64,000 nucleotides of DNA, from assembly GCF_036321535.1 (NCBI RefSeq), contig NC_087438.1, positions 13,828,001-13,892,000 on the forward strand, in the 5' to 3' direction. The stretch comes from Camelus dromedarius (lineage: Eukaryota). Below, piece after piece: positions 25,651-40,149 of this stretch (the stretch's first letter is position 1; every line of letters begins with the position of its first letter). A model generated the notes under the pieces. The model was given only the letters and a program-made list of their open reading frames with translations, did not search any database and had not been told where the DNA came from. The translations under genes and the position numbers were made by a program.

Positions 25651-28118
25651 AACAGCTTTTTTTTTTTTCACTCACTCTTTGCCATAAAGCAGTTTGGAGA
25701 TGCTGCTGAACCAATGGCTTCCTGATCCCTCATCCTGGCTTAGAGGCTCTGTCTGCTTTTTATTATTCCCTGAATATGCACTTTCCTATAAGCTGTGGGC
25801 ACAGAAAAATTATAGTTTTAATTTTTACTTCTGGATTTCATTATGTTCTGGGGGCACGTAAACGTCTACTAACTCATATAGCTCAGTGCCCAAGTGGCCA
25901 GAATCCAGGAGGCCTGGATTTGCTGACTCTTCCTCTTTGTGCTTTTGCCCTGGTGGTTATCCTGAGGGTGTACCCATGAAGGCAGGTATTCATTTTGCTA
26001 AGGCTGTTCCACTTTTAATTTCATCTTTATATGTCATTATCCATAACTGCCTTGTGTTTGGAGAACAAGCTATCATGACTTTAATACCTTTATACAGAGT
26101 ATCATTAATTCCCCCAATGCTACAAAACAGGCATTTTGAAAGGCTCACGAATGTAAAAGCTGAGGCTCAGAGGAGTTCGGTGGTTTGTCTTACCCAGCAC
26201 ATGCAAGGCTGTTTGCACAAGCACATGATTTCACCTGTGCACTAGTATCTTTTTTCCTGAAAATTGCTGTTTTTTTCCTATCCAAAAGAAATTACTTGTG
26301 TTATTTGTAATTTCATCAGTTCTCAAAAATGTTTAAGTGAAATTTGTTTTAAATAAATTCATAATTAAATTAAAACATCTTTATGCCTACACAACTATCT
26401 GCAGGCATCAGATGCTTGAGATGGCATAGCTGATTTAAAGCATTCATCAGCATTATGAACACTTTCAAAAGTGTGTATATATTTGAGGGAAATGTCTTAA
26501 ATGTGAGTTCCCAGCACTGGCAATGTTGTCAAATCACAGAATTAAAACCTTTTGAATATACTCATTAGTTAAATTTAAAAATTCCAGGCATAATAATCTT
26601 GAATGTAGGACTTTTAGTCACTAATGTGGGTTTCAACAGCCATAAAAGTCTCTTGTTTTTCTAAAATACTTTCAGAGTTATATACATTAGAGTGTGACTA
26701 TAACACATCTTTAAATCTAAGGCAAATTTTCTTTATAATATCATCAAATTAAAATTACTTTAAAAATGTGAAATAATATCTTTCTTGGAATGGAAAAAAT
26801 TCTACTGAAATATGAGGACAATTTCTAAATATGTTATTTCTACACATGATTTCTACATATAGTAGATTTCAGTCTACTAAAGCAGAGAGTTCAATGCTTC
26901 CCAAATTGCACAATTATTTGATTTGGGGAAAATATGAATTGATTTGTATATATTTAGCATAGTTAATTATAATAAATATATTTGGAATCATATGGACAGG
27001 ATATTCAAATGTAAATAAATGTGCAATAGTCACTTAAATACAATTTGTCATACACACACATGTGTCTCATAAGTAGAACTGACCACAGGGATAGTTAAAA
27101 TGGAAGAGACAAGCTTTGTATTTTCCTATAAACCCTGCTATGGCCACACACACAATTTGGTATCCTTGTTATAATTTAAAGAAGCATAGGGATCAATGGG
27201 AAAAATGCTTTCGTGTGTGGTCATTTAGTGATTTTGTTTTTCCTTGCATTTGAAAATGCTTCTCCATGAAGGGTACAGACAAGGAATTAAATGTTTACTC
27301 CAAAATGTATGTGCCACTGTTTCTTTCATGTGATCCTGGGGCAAGTGTTCAAACCTACATAAGAGAATATTCAGATAAATGTGATCAAAGATAGTTCTGA
27401 GAAGAAGAAAGTTGATGCTAATGAGGACACCATATATATTGGTGGCTTTCTGTTTCCCTTACATATGGAAGAATGATTGTGCACAACTTTGAGGGATCTG
27501 CCAAATAAGGAATCTAAATCATGATGAATCTTCACTACTTATTATGGTGTTCTTTTTTCTCACACAACAGAGAAGGTTAAACAAAAGTAATTCAAACATT
27601 CCATGATGCTCTGTAATTATGCACATGTGTCTACCGATATTTTGAAAAATATTCATAATAGCAAGAGGAAATATAATGGGTATGGCACATCTCCATAGCC
27701 TTGCTAATTTAATGCAAGATGATTTCAAACATTGCATTTCTTTTCCTAACTGTCCCTAGGATATAGTTTTCATTTTTCCTAATTTAAATTTTTCCACCTC
27801 CTAGCAGTTACAGCAGCTCATAAACATGTTTGTCAGCTAAGATTTCTCTTAAAATTTGCCCAAGAGCATATTACATGTACATTTCTTGTTTAAAGGGATG
27901 CTTCTGAATAAACTCAATGAAAGCTATTTGTACATATGGCTCAATTTTAAATACAAGCTATTCACGGATCATAACACATTAACATCAAACTGACGTTGAA
28001 TGTTGATTTGCAAGCTGTTCATGGGTGTATAAGAATAGAGCAAAGCTGCTCAGGCCTACTCCCTGTCAAGTCAAAGCAGACACCACATCGATCAAAAAAT
28101 ATATGTATTCACGTTCAC

Positions 28119-28236
28119 CTTCGTTGTCCTTCAGAGTGAAGTTTGGGTTTATAGACAGGTGTTCATCAAGAAAGAAGTTAAACCTTGGTCCATTGGCAAA
28201 ATCATCCTTATCAGTGGCACTGATGGTATGAATAAC
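28119..28236 (-). CDS. CDH18: Cadherin-18 coding exon, 118 nt, phase 0 to 1; EC5 N-terminal half
   Basis: Acceptor tttttttctttag|GTT and donor AAG|gtgaac. Translates VIHTISATDKDDFANGPRFNFFLDEHLSINPNFTLKDNE, with the ATDKD cadherin motif and an NFT sequon. Confidence 0.95.
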
Positions 28237-29808
28237 CTAAAGAAAAAAAAAACAAAATTAAATAGTAAATTTGGCCTATTTCCCTGATTTTAATTATATT
28301 ATAACATTTTCAGTATCCACCTTGAGTCTTTTCAAAGTCCTAATCTAGTAAAAGTACCAATTAATTTGCTCTCCCTTGCATTAGATTTTAAGAAAACTAT
28401 ATTACGACGCATCTTACAATCATTCACACTTTATTTTCTAGCATGGTAGAAATTTAATTTTTTTTTTTTCCTTTATCACTCACAAGACCTTGGGGCCAAT
28501 AAGTCATAAGATTTTGTATGAACACCTGTCTGGGGAGACATGAAATATTATTCGTACAAATACAAATATCCCAGTGTTGATGTAGCCTAGCCTTTCGGTA
28601 CGTGTTGGTCTCAGTCAGTAAATGCAATAGCAGCAGAGTTATAATTTCTGTTTCAGGAGATCATGATCCAGCCCCCATATGTTAGAAATGAGGACGCTGG
28701 GTCCCCAAAGGAGTGTGACGTGCCTCAAAGCTCTAGAACAGTGGCAGAAGCAAAACCAGACTGCTCAGAGCTTCATGGAATATTTTTCATCGCTAGTGGC
28801 TGAGCAAATAAAAATATCAAAATTTGGACTTTATGCACATTAAGGATCAGAGAAAGCTAGACTATATAAACAAAATAGCCTAAGAGCAGCACACAAATTC
28901 TAACAGTTACAGCCATTGCAATCTTAAACAATAAATATGGAAACCAATAAGCAAGATAATAATTTCCTTTAAAAAATTAATAACAATGCTTAGGTGTCCT
29001 CTTCTCAGTCTTCCCTTAGAGAAACTGAAAACAGGAGAAAAAAGAGCCATAAAAATCGTATTTCCGGCATATGAAATATCACTATGCCCATTTCAAAAAC
29101 TGACATGATTTCTAAGAACATTTACTCAATTTCACCCCATTTCATTATTTTACAAGGGAAACAGTTGGTCAAAAGGTATCATAGTTAATAGGTAAATTTC
29201 TCTTCATGTACCGAGCCCATTAGCTTGTGAGGCAGGTGAGGAGGAAAACAAAGTACTGAGAATGAGTGATGGGGGGAGTAGGACGAGAAAAGCATGTGTT
29301 TTCATGAAGTGAAAGCAAAGAAAATGCTTCAGGATACAGAAGTGATCAATTTCCTCCGAAAACTCCTCCCATGGCTCCTTCCTTATATCTTTTCCCATCG
29401 TGGCTCAGAATTTAATTCTCCCCCAGAGATCCTGGGTAAAGCCCCGCCCTCCACATATTCCAAGGCACTTCTGTCATTCTTCTCTTCATTATTCCTTCCA
29501 TGTGATTTATTTATGAAGTAAACATTTACATATTTGCTGATTGTTTGGTTTCTTTTTTGTTTAAAGTACAACTTATCTCTGGATAGATTTTTTTTTTTTT
29601 CTCTCGTTACTGACTTTTGAGTATAAACAGATGGATGATCAGAAGCGATCTTGATGATTTTTCTCAAGTTCAGGAAAAGCTCCATGGAGAACAGGGTGCA
29701 CAAAATCTGAAGAATATAACTACATTTTCCACACATTATTTACTTTATATAAAATTGAAATAAATGTCAAATTTTCAAAGTTGTTTTCAGGGTTAGATAA
29801 AACAAATA

Positions 29809-30342
29809 CAGTCAGCCCTCTGTTTCCATGGTTCTGAATCGGTGGAGTCAACCACTGTGGACCAAAAATAATAATAAAAAAAAAAAATCAGAAAGTTCCA
29901 AAAGCAAAACGTGAATTTGCTATCTGCTGACAACTATTTACATGACAATTGCATTGTCTCTACAACTATTTACATAGCATTTATATTGTATTAGGTATTG
30001 TAAGTAATTACAAGAGATGATTTAAAGTGTATGAGGGTAGGGGGGATACCTCAAGAGGCAGAGTGAATGCTTAGCACACACAAGGTCCTGGGTTAGAGCC
30101 CCAGTACCCCCTCCAAAAATAAGTAAACCTAATTATCTCCCTCCTAGAAGATAAAAACAACAACAAAAAATAAATACATATATATATATATATATATATG
30201 AGAGGAAGTGTCTACGTTACGAGCAAATGTTACATCATTTTATATAAGGATTTGAGCATTTGTGAATTTTGATATGCCTGGGGGAGAGGGTAGGAGGGAG
30301 GAATTCTAGAACCAATTTCTCACAGATACCAAGGGATGGCTG
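29809..30342. mobile_element. MER2-family (TcMar-Tigger) non-autonomous DNA transposon with a nested SINE
   Basis: TA|cagtcagccctc ... gggatggctg|TA. Internal tattgtattaggtattgtaagtaa..gagatgatttaaagt motif of MER2. Confidence 0.85.
30035..30175 (+). mobile_element. Second tRNA-Ala-derived (vic-1 type) SINE
   Basis: gcttagcacacacaaggtcctgggttagagccccagtac..ctccaaaaataagtaaacctaatta is colinear with the 2271-2411 copy. Confidence 0.8.
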
Positions 30343-33059
30343 TATAAATTTTTCTTTTGGGTAAATGTCCTCTCACTCCTACTGTTCATTCGTTGTGATT
30401 CTCCAATTTGCAGTCCTATTTTCTCAATGATACATCATAACATATAGACAAGTGTAAGTTCACTTCTCAGCCTAGAATGCAGTTTTGAAGGGGACTGGTA
30501 AAGAATAATTAATGTAAATAAACTGAACTATTTTGTGTTTTCTGTTATTACTTCTTTGGGACAATTTTTTTTCTCACTTCAAAGTTAATTTATGTTATTT
30601 TAAATTTTCTTAACATTTTTACAACATGAGCTTATTCAATTTAAGCACTGATAGAATTCATATTATATTCTGTTTACTATTTATTTTTTGTTCTCCCTAA
30701 AGATATAAATACCCCTTCCATTTTTATACAGATCATTTCAAATCTGAATTCACCAGGAAGCTCACTCATGGCAAATTTGTCTTTCTCAGAAACAATTCTC
30801 AGTATTGTCTACAAAGTCAGTGATAAGTTGATTATCACATTGTGTTGAAGAGTGAACCATTCACCTTGAACATCTGTAGAAATGTTGGACATGCATCTGT
30901 ACTTAAATATTTTTCCATAGTATTTCTGAGAGATGCTTCCAGAAACCTAGCATGTTGGCCTTTTTGTTTTTGTGTTTTAAATCTAGAATTCCTAGATATT
31001 CTCTTAAAAAGAGGGTATATTCAATTTCTTTCTTAGTTGTTTTACTAATAACCTTTTCTCTTTCATTAGGAAATGGGATTTCCACTTAATGTTTCTTCAG
31101 ACTTTTATTAGAAGACATTCCTGAGAAGTTAACATGATTATGGATTTTAGGAGACTTAAGCTTCTGGGAGATATCTAGATAACCACCATGTCTCCATCAT
31201 CAATACTGTCTGCCTTTTTTCTCAGGCTTACTGATGCATCTACACTCTGCTACATGTGTTCTCTGTGCAACTGGTTGGTGGAGTACAATCCATAAAAATT
31301 TATTTTCTGACTTTCATTCCTTCTAACTGAACTCAGATGTTTTCTATCATTTGCACATAATGTAATTAGTGCATAAAGTGATTGTTTTCAAAGATTTCAG
31401 AGAAACATAGTCATAGATTTATTTTAACAAAGGGAGAAAAATAATTCAAATTGATTGGTGGTATTCATAAACAATTACTAGCAGAATTTTTTGATAAGGC
31501 CCATGACTATGGATTCACTCTTGGTAGAAACTAATTAAAACCAGTTTTATATTTCTTTTATTAAATAAAATTATTCCCTTGTTTAAGTGTGTTCAAAGCA
31601 CATTTAAAGTCTATTATTTCTAGAACAATTTATTAGGAAAAAAAATAGTGTCAGAAATTTATACAAATAACACAGTCTTCTATTTGATAAATGAGTTAAC
31701 CTTAACTAAAATTTAAATTAAAAATGAAATTCTATGAAATTGTATCTTTATATAATGCATCTTCTTTATATTAATTGTTTGCTCTATAATATAACTTCAA
31801 ATGATCATTTATTTGATAAAAATACCAACTTTTGTTAGTTAGTTGAGGTTAACTTTGACAAGATGTGAAATCTCTACTGATCTAGTTAACCTTCTTCACA
31901 CAAAGTTTTATTGTTAATAATTGGATGTCATGGGAGCAGAGGCTGGTGTTATGTAATAAAATGTTTTCTTTTATATGTTATGTTTTCTAACTTTACTTCT
32001 AACAAGAAAAAATAGAGGGAAATTTAATATCAATAAGATAGAAAGCATTCGCTTTATTTTTTCCCCCCAAAGTTTCTAGGTATAGGCATGTCTCAGCTGC
32101 TTTGGATTCATTCTATTTTGGGGACTGATTTCAAATTTCATGTATGCATGACTTTCTTTTTCTTCTTTTTTTTTTCATGCAAGGTACTTAAAATTTTTTT
32201 TTTTTTCAGAACAGGAAAACAGATTATCTCAGAGAAATATATTGTTGAAGTTTATATTGATAGCTGAATCAATCTAAACTCTGCTGTTCTATGTGTTTTG
32301 AACCTCTGCTTTCAGAAAAGACCAGTCTCTTTTCCATAGCCACATGCTGTTATATTCAAATGCACAACATCCGTAATAGAAATGTCTGTAATTCTAAAAG
32401 CAATTGTCATAGAAAGAGGAACTGTCGCAATACAAATACACTTCAGAAAACCTATTTCACAAATTATTGTTTAGTTTCCTACTCCAACTCTGCATCAAAA
32501 TACAGTTTCTCCAGAAATGCTACAACCATATGTATAAATGAGCCAAAGACTGCAAAATTAAATAATAGAAAAATTCAGACCGTTTTCATCTGTAATGGGT
32601 TAACTGCATAGTTGATCACACAAATTGGCAATGATTTGTTTAAATACAGGTGTAATAAACAATACTTTAAAAACGAAGCTTTATTCTCTCAATGAAAGGT
32701 CTAAATTCATTTTGGTGAAAGAGTTGGAAACAAGGGCTCAAACAACATAAAGAATCCAATTATAGTGACATCTAAAATCATACAATATTGACGACAGCAA
32801 TGATGCTAAATGTGAGCATAGTTTTTAAAGAGTAAAGAGAAGTAATCACATAACTTAATCAAAATATGTTAGAACTTCAGGGTAACTCTAGCTTCTTGAA
32901 AAGAGTAACAGAAAAGATAAATACTGTATCAATGGTTAATGGGACTCAAAAGAAAGAAACACTTTGACACAGATTTAGTCCTCTATAAAAACTGGAGTAA
33001 CTTTTCATGTGAGAATAAAGCAAACCACATTTAAAGCAATTTGAGACTTATCAAGACAT

Positions 33060-33235
33060 ATAGTCGTAGAATCTCAGGCTTGGAAGGGCCCTGGAATTCT
33101 AACAATTTTCTTCATTTTAGAGATGAAGAGAGCACTTGCCAAGGTCACATAAAATCATTTCTTAGAAAGGCTACAGAGTTTAAGTGGCTAGTGTAGAGGC
33201 TAAATACAGGCGGACCCAGGCTAGCTATGTGACAC
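33060..33235. mobile_element. MIR fragment
   Basis: cattttagagatgaaga..cttgccaaggtcaca. Confidence 0.65.
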
Positions 33236-33989
33236 TGAAAGAAGAGCATGGCCTGGTGAGAATGCCTGGATCCACTTTCCCACGAGCAAAAAAGTGGACC
33301 ACAGGAGAAGTCAAGGGAAAAAGCCAAGGTCACAGGCCAATACAGAGTTCAACCCAGAAAACTGAGACTAGAACTTTCCACTTTTGGAGCAGATGTTCAC
33401 ACTCACAGGAGAAGCATCAACTGATCCAAGAGTATTATTTGCCCAGAAATTTGGTGATTTCACCTACATCTACAAAGATGGCTATGAACCAGCGAGTGTG
33501 AGTTGCTCCTAGTACAAGATCACACTTTATCCTTGAAGTTTTGAAATTACCTTGAAGTAAAAATTATCAGTTGATTAAATCTGACACTTTTTTTTAAAGA
33601 AATAATCTAAAAGGAAAATAACTAAAAATGGCTGATCATTTTTTATTCTGTCATATTTCAAATGATCCCAGTTTGAATTCTGTGAATAACCTAAGAACCA
33701 AAGAAACACAGATTCAGTGAGGGAAAAGACCTAATTTTACTAAAGTTTGTTATTTATAGATCAGGTAACTGCTACCTAAGAAAAGCAATATTTATTTCTA
33801 TACGTTTTATTTTCTTAGTGTAACATTAAATGGCATAGTGTTTAACTTTCATTTTCTAATTGCTCGTGATATAAAGAAAAATAAGAAATATATTTATATT
33901 GATCTTATATTTAACACAAGTGTCAATTTCATTCATAAATTTTACTAGTGTATAGCATTACCATTGTTATTATTAATGTTATTAGCTGT

Positions 33990-36900
33990 AGTAATAAATG
34001 TTTAACTTTATCAAAAGCTTTGGGTTCACCTATCAAAATGAATTTAAAATTTTTCCCCTTTTCATTTAAAAATATTATTTTTTCTGGATTCTCTTTAACA
34101 ATGTTTTATTTATGATATTTCTATGTTCACGAAAGAGAATACCTGTAATTTAAATTATACCCTTCTCAGGTTTTGATTTCAAAGTTTTTGTGGTCAGCAA
34201 AAGTTGAATTAAAAATGTATTGCTCCTTTTTTTCCTTTTTGAAAAAAGTATATATTATTATCATTCCATTTAAATATTTTCAATTCTTCTTACTTTATTG
34301 ACTCCTGGCTTATTTAGAAGTGTCTTCCTTCATTACTGACTGATTGTTTTCCTAGCAATATTTTTGAATTGATATCTAACTTTATTCAATCCTTGCAAAG
34401 TATTAAAACTTGTTTTTTAATCCTGTATACAGTAAATGTTTTGTGTGAATTTTGAAAGAATGCATAATCTAAAGTTGTTCGATGCAAAGCCCTGTATTTG
34501 TTAAACAGTGAAGCTTTTGCAGTGTTCAACTTTTAGTTCCCTTACTGCAATTTTACGTGATTATTCTATCAGTTTCTGGCAAGAGTACAGTGAAACTCTC
34601 AGGACGATAATGGGCTTGTCTATTTATTTATATATATTTTTTGTATTTCTATCAATTTTGGCTTTGCTCATTTTGAGGAAATGTTGATAAGTATATAAAA
34701 ATTTAACATTGTTATTTCTGCCCGCTGCACTGACTATTATCACAATGCTTGTGACTCTTTATATCCAGTAATGTTTCCTTTGATAATAAAATGTGTGGGT
34801 GTGCATGTGTAGCTGGGTGAGCATGTACGTAGCAATTACTCAAGTAATTGATGTATTTTCCATACTTTTTCTTTCAAGCTTTTTTCTTTATTATATTTAT
34901 TATGCATCTCTTATAAAAACATTTAATTAACTTTTTTCCTATTTTGACAATAGAATTTTTTAAGTATTTTTGTGATTTTTAACATAAATACTAATATATA
35001 TTTCTTTAAGTTTACATTGCTTTTCTTTGCTTTTTTATTTTTCCACTTGTTCTACATGTATTTTCTTATTTCTTAATTTAAAAAAAAATTACCATAGCTA
35101 CCTAGCTATTAGAGTTTTGTGTACTAAACCCATTCTCTTTTATTTTGCTTATCTTGTGTTAAAAGACAAAACTATATCTCAACAGAAAGTATGAAAATTT
35201 ATCATTCTGACTTTGAGCTATAAAAATTTCACAGAAATGTTTGGGTTATCTTGGAAGTATTGAATTGGATACAAACTTTATATTTTATTAGGATTGTATC
35301 TTAGTTTTGAAATATGACCTAGACCCCTTGACAATAAAAATCTTTTATAAAAGTCTTTTTCCCTGTTTTGTATTTTTAAATATAACAGAGCAAGATAAAA
35401 TCACATGCAACAATTTTGTAAGTGTGTGAATTATTTTAAAGTAAACAAATGTTTTAATAAACACAATTAAGGTAAAGAAATAAAATGTATAAACATCACT
35501 TTTTTTAGAAGCATTTTTAATTCCATGGTCTTTTACTATTTTTATTACTTAAACTAAAAGTTAGAGCATTCATTCTTGACACATAAAATCTATTATAAAT
35601 TAGTAGTTAATCAATTATCCCAAATTTAAGGGGTTTAGAATATTTTAATTGTCTCTTCCCTTCCTTCTGATCTCTCATTACCATGTATACATTTAAACTC
35701 CAGAAAATATTTCTTTATTTTACATTCATTCATCAATAATTTAGTTTTAAAAATATATTCAATGATTGCTTTGGTCTTTAAGGATTCTTGCCACTCCAAG
35801 CTGTCAATTTGATTATTTTTCTCCTCACCCCCCCACAAAAAGCTTTAGTGTATGTATTATGGTAAGGAATTTTCACATTTTTGTTTGCCTAAATATGAGG
35901 GGGGGTTTTGTCTTTATTTTTGAGGAATAGTTTTGGTTGAAAAAGAATTCATGCTTGTCAACTATTCTCTTCTGGCTCTTGAGATTTACTTTTCCATTTT
36001 TTTGCTTTCATTCTTCCTTATTAAAGAAAATCACCTTTTGAAATTGTTCTTTTAAAGATATTATATCTTTCAAAAATGTCAATTTGTTTTTACTTTTAAA
36101 CTATTTTTATAATTATAGATTCATATGCAGTTGTCAGAAATACAGAAAGATGCTGTGTACCCTTATCCAGTTTCCCCACTGATAGTGTCTCGCAAAACTA
36201 TGTACAATGTCCCATCTAGGATGCTTGACATTGATGTAGTCAAGATTCAGAATATTTCCATCACCATTAGTGTGCTCAGTGCTGCCTTTTATATCTATAT
36301 GTACTTCCCTGTCACCTTTATTGTCTTCTTAACCTCTGACACCATACATTATGAAAATTTTAGGTATTCTTTTTTTTTTCCCATTCAGCAAAATTCTCTA
36401 GAGTTTCATCCAGATTTATGCATGTATCAATACTCTATTCCTTTTCATTGCTGAATAGTATTCTATGGCCTGAATTCACTGTAGTTTATTTAACCATTCA
36501 TCCATTGAAAGACATCTGGATTGTTTCCAGTTTGAGTCAATTGTGGAAGAACCTGATAGAAGCATTTGTGTGAAGTGTTTGGTGTAAACGTAAACCTTCA
36601 TATCTCTTGGAGAAATGCCCCAAAGTTCTATTTCTGGACTCTGGTAATTGGATGTTTAGCTTTTAAGAAATTACAAAAATGTATCCAAAAATAGCTGTTC
36701 CATTCTACACGTCCACCAAAAATGCATCAATGATCCAATTTCTCTGTATCTCCCCAGGATACTGTGTCATTTAAAAAAAAAAAAAGAATGTCCTATTTGA
36801 TAGGTATGCAGTGATAGCTCACTATAGTTTTAATTTTAATTTCCCTAATCACTTGTGATGTTGTACATCTATAACATGTTTGTTTTCTATTTGTAAATCC

Positions 36901-37680
36901 TCTAGTGAAATGTCTGCTCATGTCTTTTGTCCATTTTAAAACTGTATTTCTTTCTGTTGAGCTTTGAGTATTCTTTTTATATTGTACATACTAATCATTT
37001 ATTGGGTAAAAGGTCTGCAAATTTCTTTTTCCACTCTGTGGTTTTTCTTCTCATCCTCTTAATGGGGCCTTTCAGAAACCAAAAATGTTTATTTTTGATC
37101 AAATCTAATTTATCAACTTTTTTTCTTTTATGGATTATGATTTTGGTGTCATCTAAGAACTCTGCTTGGCACTACATCCAAGTTTTGTTTTGTTTTCTCC
37201 CCTAACAGTGTTACGTCTTTTTACTCTGATGTTTTAATTCTGTGATTTCATTTCTGAAATTTTATTGTAATTCATCTAGGTAGAGTTATTCTTGTAAACA
37301 ACTGCTTAGTTTTTTGTTTTTTGTTTTTCTCTATGTTTTTTGAATTTTTGACTTGATGCTTGCCAACAGTATGGAGAAACTTTCAGTCATGATCTTCTCA
37401 GATATTACTTCTGCCCAATTCTATTTTTTTAATATCCATCTGAGAATTGAATAACTTGTGTATTAGACCTACAAGTTCCATATGTCTTTCATATTCTTAT
37501 TTGTACTTTCTACCTTTTTGACTTTCCATGCTTTAATATGGATATTTTAATCTAACCTGTTTTCCAGTTCACTATTTTCTCTTCAGCTATGTCTACTTTG
37601 ATGTTATCACCAAAATTTGATATTCCATATTAATAAGTTGTATTTTTTAAAATCTAAATTTTCCATTTGAATGTTTAACA
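33990..37680 (-). mobile_element. Old antisense L1 cluster; best-preserved part about 36095-37260 (L1MC-type 3' end and ORF2 C-terminus)
   Basis: cattgctgaatagtattc..ttaaccattcatccattgaaagacatctggattgtttccagttt and similar L1 motifs. Confidence 0.75.
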
Positions 37681-38260
37681 TTTTTCTTATTAATTAAACT
37701 TATGTAATATATGTTAAAAACTAATGCTAAGATGTGTGGGTCCACTTCTAACACAATTGAAGTAGGATTTGGTAAGTAAATCATTATGTATCTGTAGCAT
37801 AAAATTCTTTACTGTTTTTGAAATGATGGTATAAAAAGAATGTTTAAGTAGCTAATGTGATACTCATAATATACTGTTAAGAGAATAAAACATATAACCT
37901 ATAAGTACTTTCAAATATAATTTTCAGTAATTTTGTCCTCATTCATATTTTCTAATTTTCTTGAGAGATACGAGCATGAGAAAACTTTATGTCAAGAGTT
38001 ATCCATTTCTATATATGTAAATACCTTCCCTGGGGTTATTAAAACCATATTAAGCAATGATTACTTTAGCAAGCCACTATAGCTTGTACTTCATACACAA
38101 ATAACCAGGGCAACGTTTCTCATGGCTCTAATTTAATCACAAGCTTCATAATGATTTAAAATAATTGTGGATGATACATTTATTCTGGTTTACCACAGAT
38201 GGTAAAAGGAACTATCTGACTCAGCTGAACCTAGACCCTTTTGACTTTTCTTGATTCATT

Positions 38261-38489
38261 TGTAACAGACAGACTTTAAGGTGTCCACAACTGAATGCAT
38301 GCCTCCATGTAATTCTTTCTCCTTAAGTCTGGGTGTGACTTCTGTCCTGACCAATGGAACACGGCAAGAGTGTTGATGTATCACACTGATTACATTACAT
38401 TATACGAGACTGTCAGAGACTCAACAAAGAGACTCTCCTTACTTGTTTGATGAAGTAAGTGGCCATACTGGGTGGGGAAGCCCATATGA

Positions 38490-38522
<33 letters not shown>

Positions 38523-38793
38523 GCAGGTGGCATCTCAGAACTCTGAAGAACCAAGGGACATCCTGAAGCTCTCACATCTGCAGCTGGAACTACCTGATTG
38601 CCACCAACAACCACATGAGTTTGGAAGAGACCAGGTAAGAATACAGTTTGATTACATCCTGTGAGATTCCTGCAAAGACCTACCTAGGCCAGGAGGAGAA
38701 TTCTCACCTACAGAAACTATGAGATGATAAAAATGTGTTGTTCTAAGCTTCCAAGTTTGTGTAATTTGTTACACAGCAGAGAGGACAAACGCA
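38261..38793 (+). mobile_element. MLT1 (MaLR) solo LTR with an internal poly(A) run
   Basis: tgaccaatggaacacggcaag..cctacagaaactatgagatgataaaaatgtgttgttctaagc..tttgttacacagca. Confidence 0.8.
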
Positions 38794-39407
38794 TGTCCCC
38801 TCCGGTATTGCACTTGCTTTATGGGCATCAGCAACTGGCCTTTCTTCAGAATTGTCTCACTCCTTTAACTGGCTGCCGTGCAATGTCCAGACTCATTTCC
38901 TAAGTTTCAGGCTCTTCTCTTCATCCTTCACTCTCTTGACCTCCTTAAAACATACACACTCTTCATGTTGTTAAAACTTAAGCATCTTGTGTTACCAATA
39001 GCATTCAATGGTCACTGTATATCACTCCCTCATTCCCTCCAAAATAAACCAGGCCAGTCTCACCTCCCCAGACCAGTCTCTAAACTTCACTAGGACAGGG
39101 AAGTTCACTGTTTCCTCCTCATTTAACACAGGGCTGTACTCAAAACATTCAATATAGTATTACTGGTATAATATGCATGCATGAATGGGTACATTTTTTA
39201 AATTACATTTGGGATCCAGGGAAATTTTATTTTCTATGATTCTCAGAAACAATCTATTTAGTACTTAAAATAGAGCTTTATAAAATTATTTTGACTGAGC
39301 ATAAAAATAACACAGGGGGATTTCTGGGGATTATACCTAAGAATATTAGCAATAGAGCTGCTTGTTTCTCTGCCATTCAAATGACAGGAAAGAAACAATT
39401 AACTTAC

Positions 39408-39529
39408 CTGGCCAGGCTTAGAATTTTCACAGACAACAATATCATATTCCCTGGCAAGTTCGGGTGGATTGTCATTGACATCCAGAACTCTAATACCCAC
39501 TGTGACATGGCTCAGCAAACCGGGATTGT
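39408..39529 (-). CDS. CDH18: Cadherin-18 coding exon, 122 nt, phase 1 to 0; end of EC4 with the DVNDNPP Ca2+-binding linker and start of EC5
   Basis: Acceptor gtgttttgcag|AC and donor CAG|gtaagt. Translates (D)NPGLLSHVTVGIRVLDVNDNPPELAREYDIVVCENSKPGQ. 122 nt is the usual size of this exon in type II cadherins. Confidence 0.95.
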
Positions 39530-40149
39530 CTGCAAAACACATAGGGATGTATTTAGTATTTCCATGCACACTTCAGCGGCTTGGTTTAAAACCCATCTCC
39601 TTAATACTGTAGCTTGTCACCAGCCTCGTGAGCTGCAGCAGGACTTCTGGCAAAAGACAACTTTATAAAGGCACTCTTTGTTAGAACTCATTAACTTAGA
39701 TAAAAATGAAAAATGAACACCAAGGCATGACATGAATGCTAAAATGATATTTAGTCATATCAAGGAAATTACATGTTATTCAGGAACTGGAGTGGGAGAA
39801 AGTTGTCAGAACTCATCGGATGCTGTCAGAGTCTAAGGGATGAACAATTGGTTTCATCATTAATCTAACAAGAGCACAGTAGTTGGTTAAAAAAAAATCA
39901 CATAATGTTTAAAAAGTTCAAGGTTTTAAATCTAAATAAACTTGCAGAAAACAGAAAGTAAAGTTCTTTACACAAGGATCTTTTTCTTCTTATAGGAGAA
40001 TATATGCAGTGTATGGTATCAAGTCATACATGGGGAAAAATAAAGATAATTTAAATGAGAACTTAGCATGGAATTCATATATAACCGGTAAATTTCAAAA
40101 TATTACAGCTAATACTTTACAACATGTCTTAAGTGCAGTCTCCCATTTT

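Noticed and set aside
39291..39668. 125-aa + ORF (similarly 8733-9106 and 28025-28231)
   Set aside because: Antisense shadows of the CDH18 exons, with no independent coding evidence.
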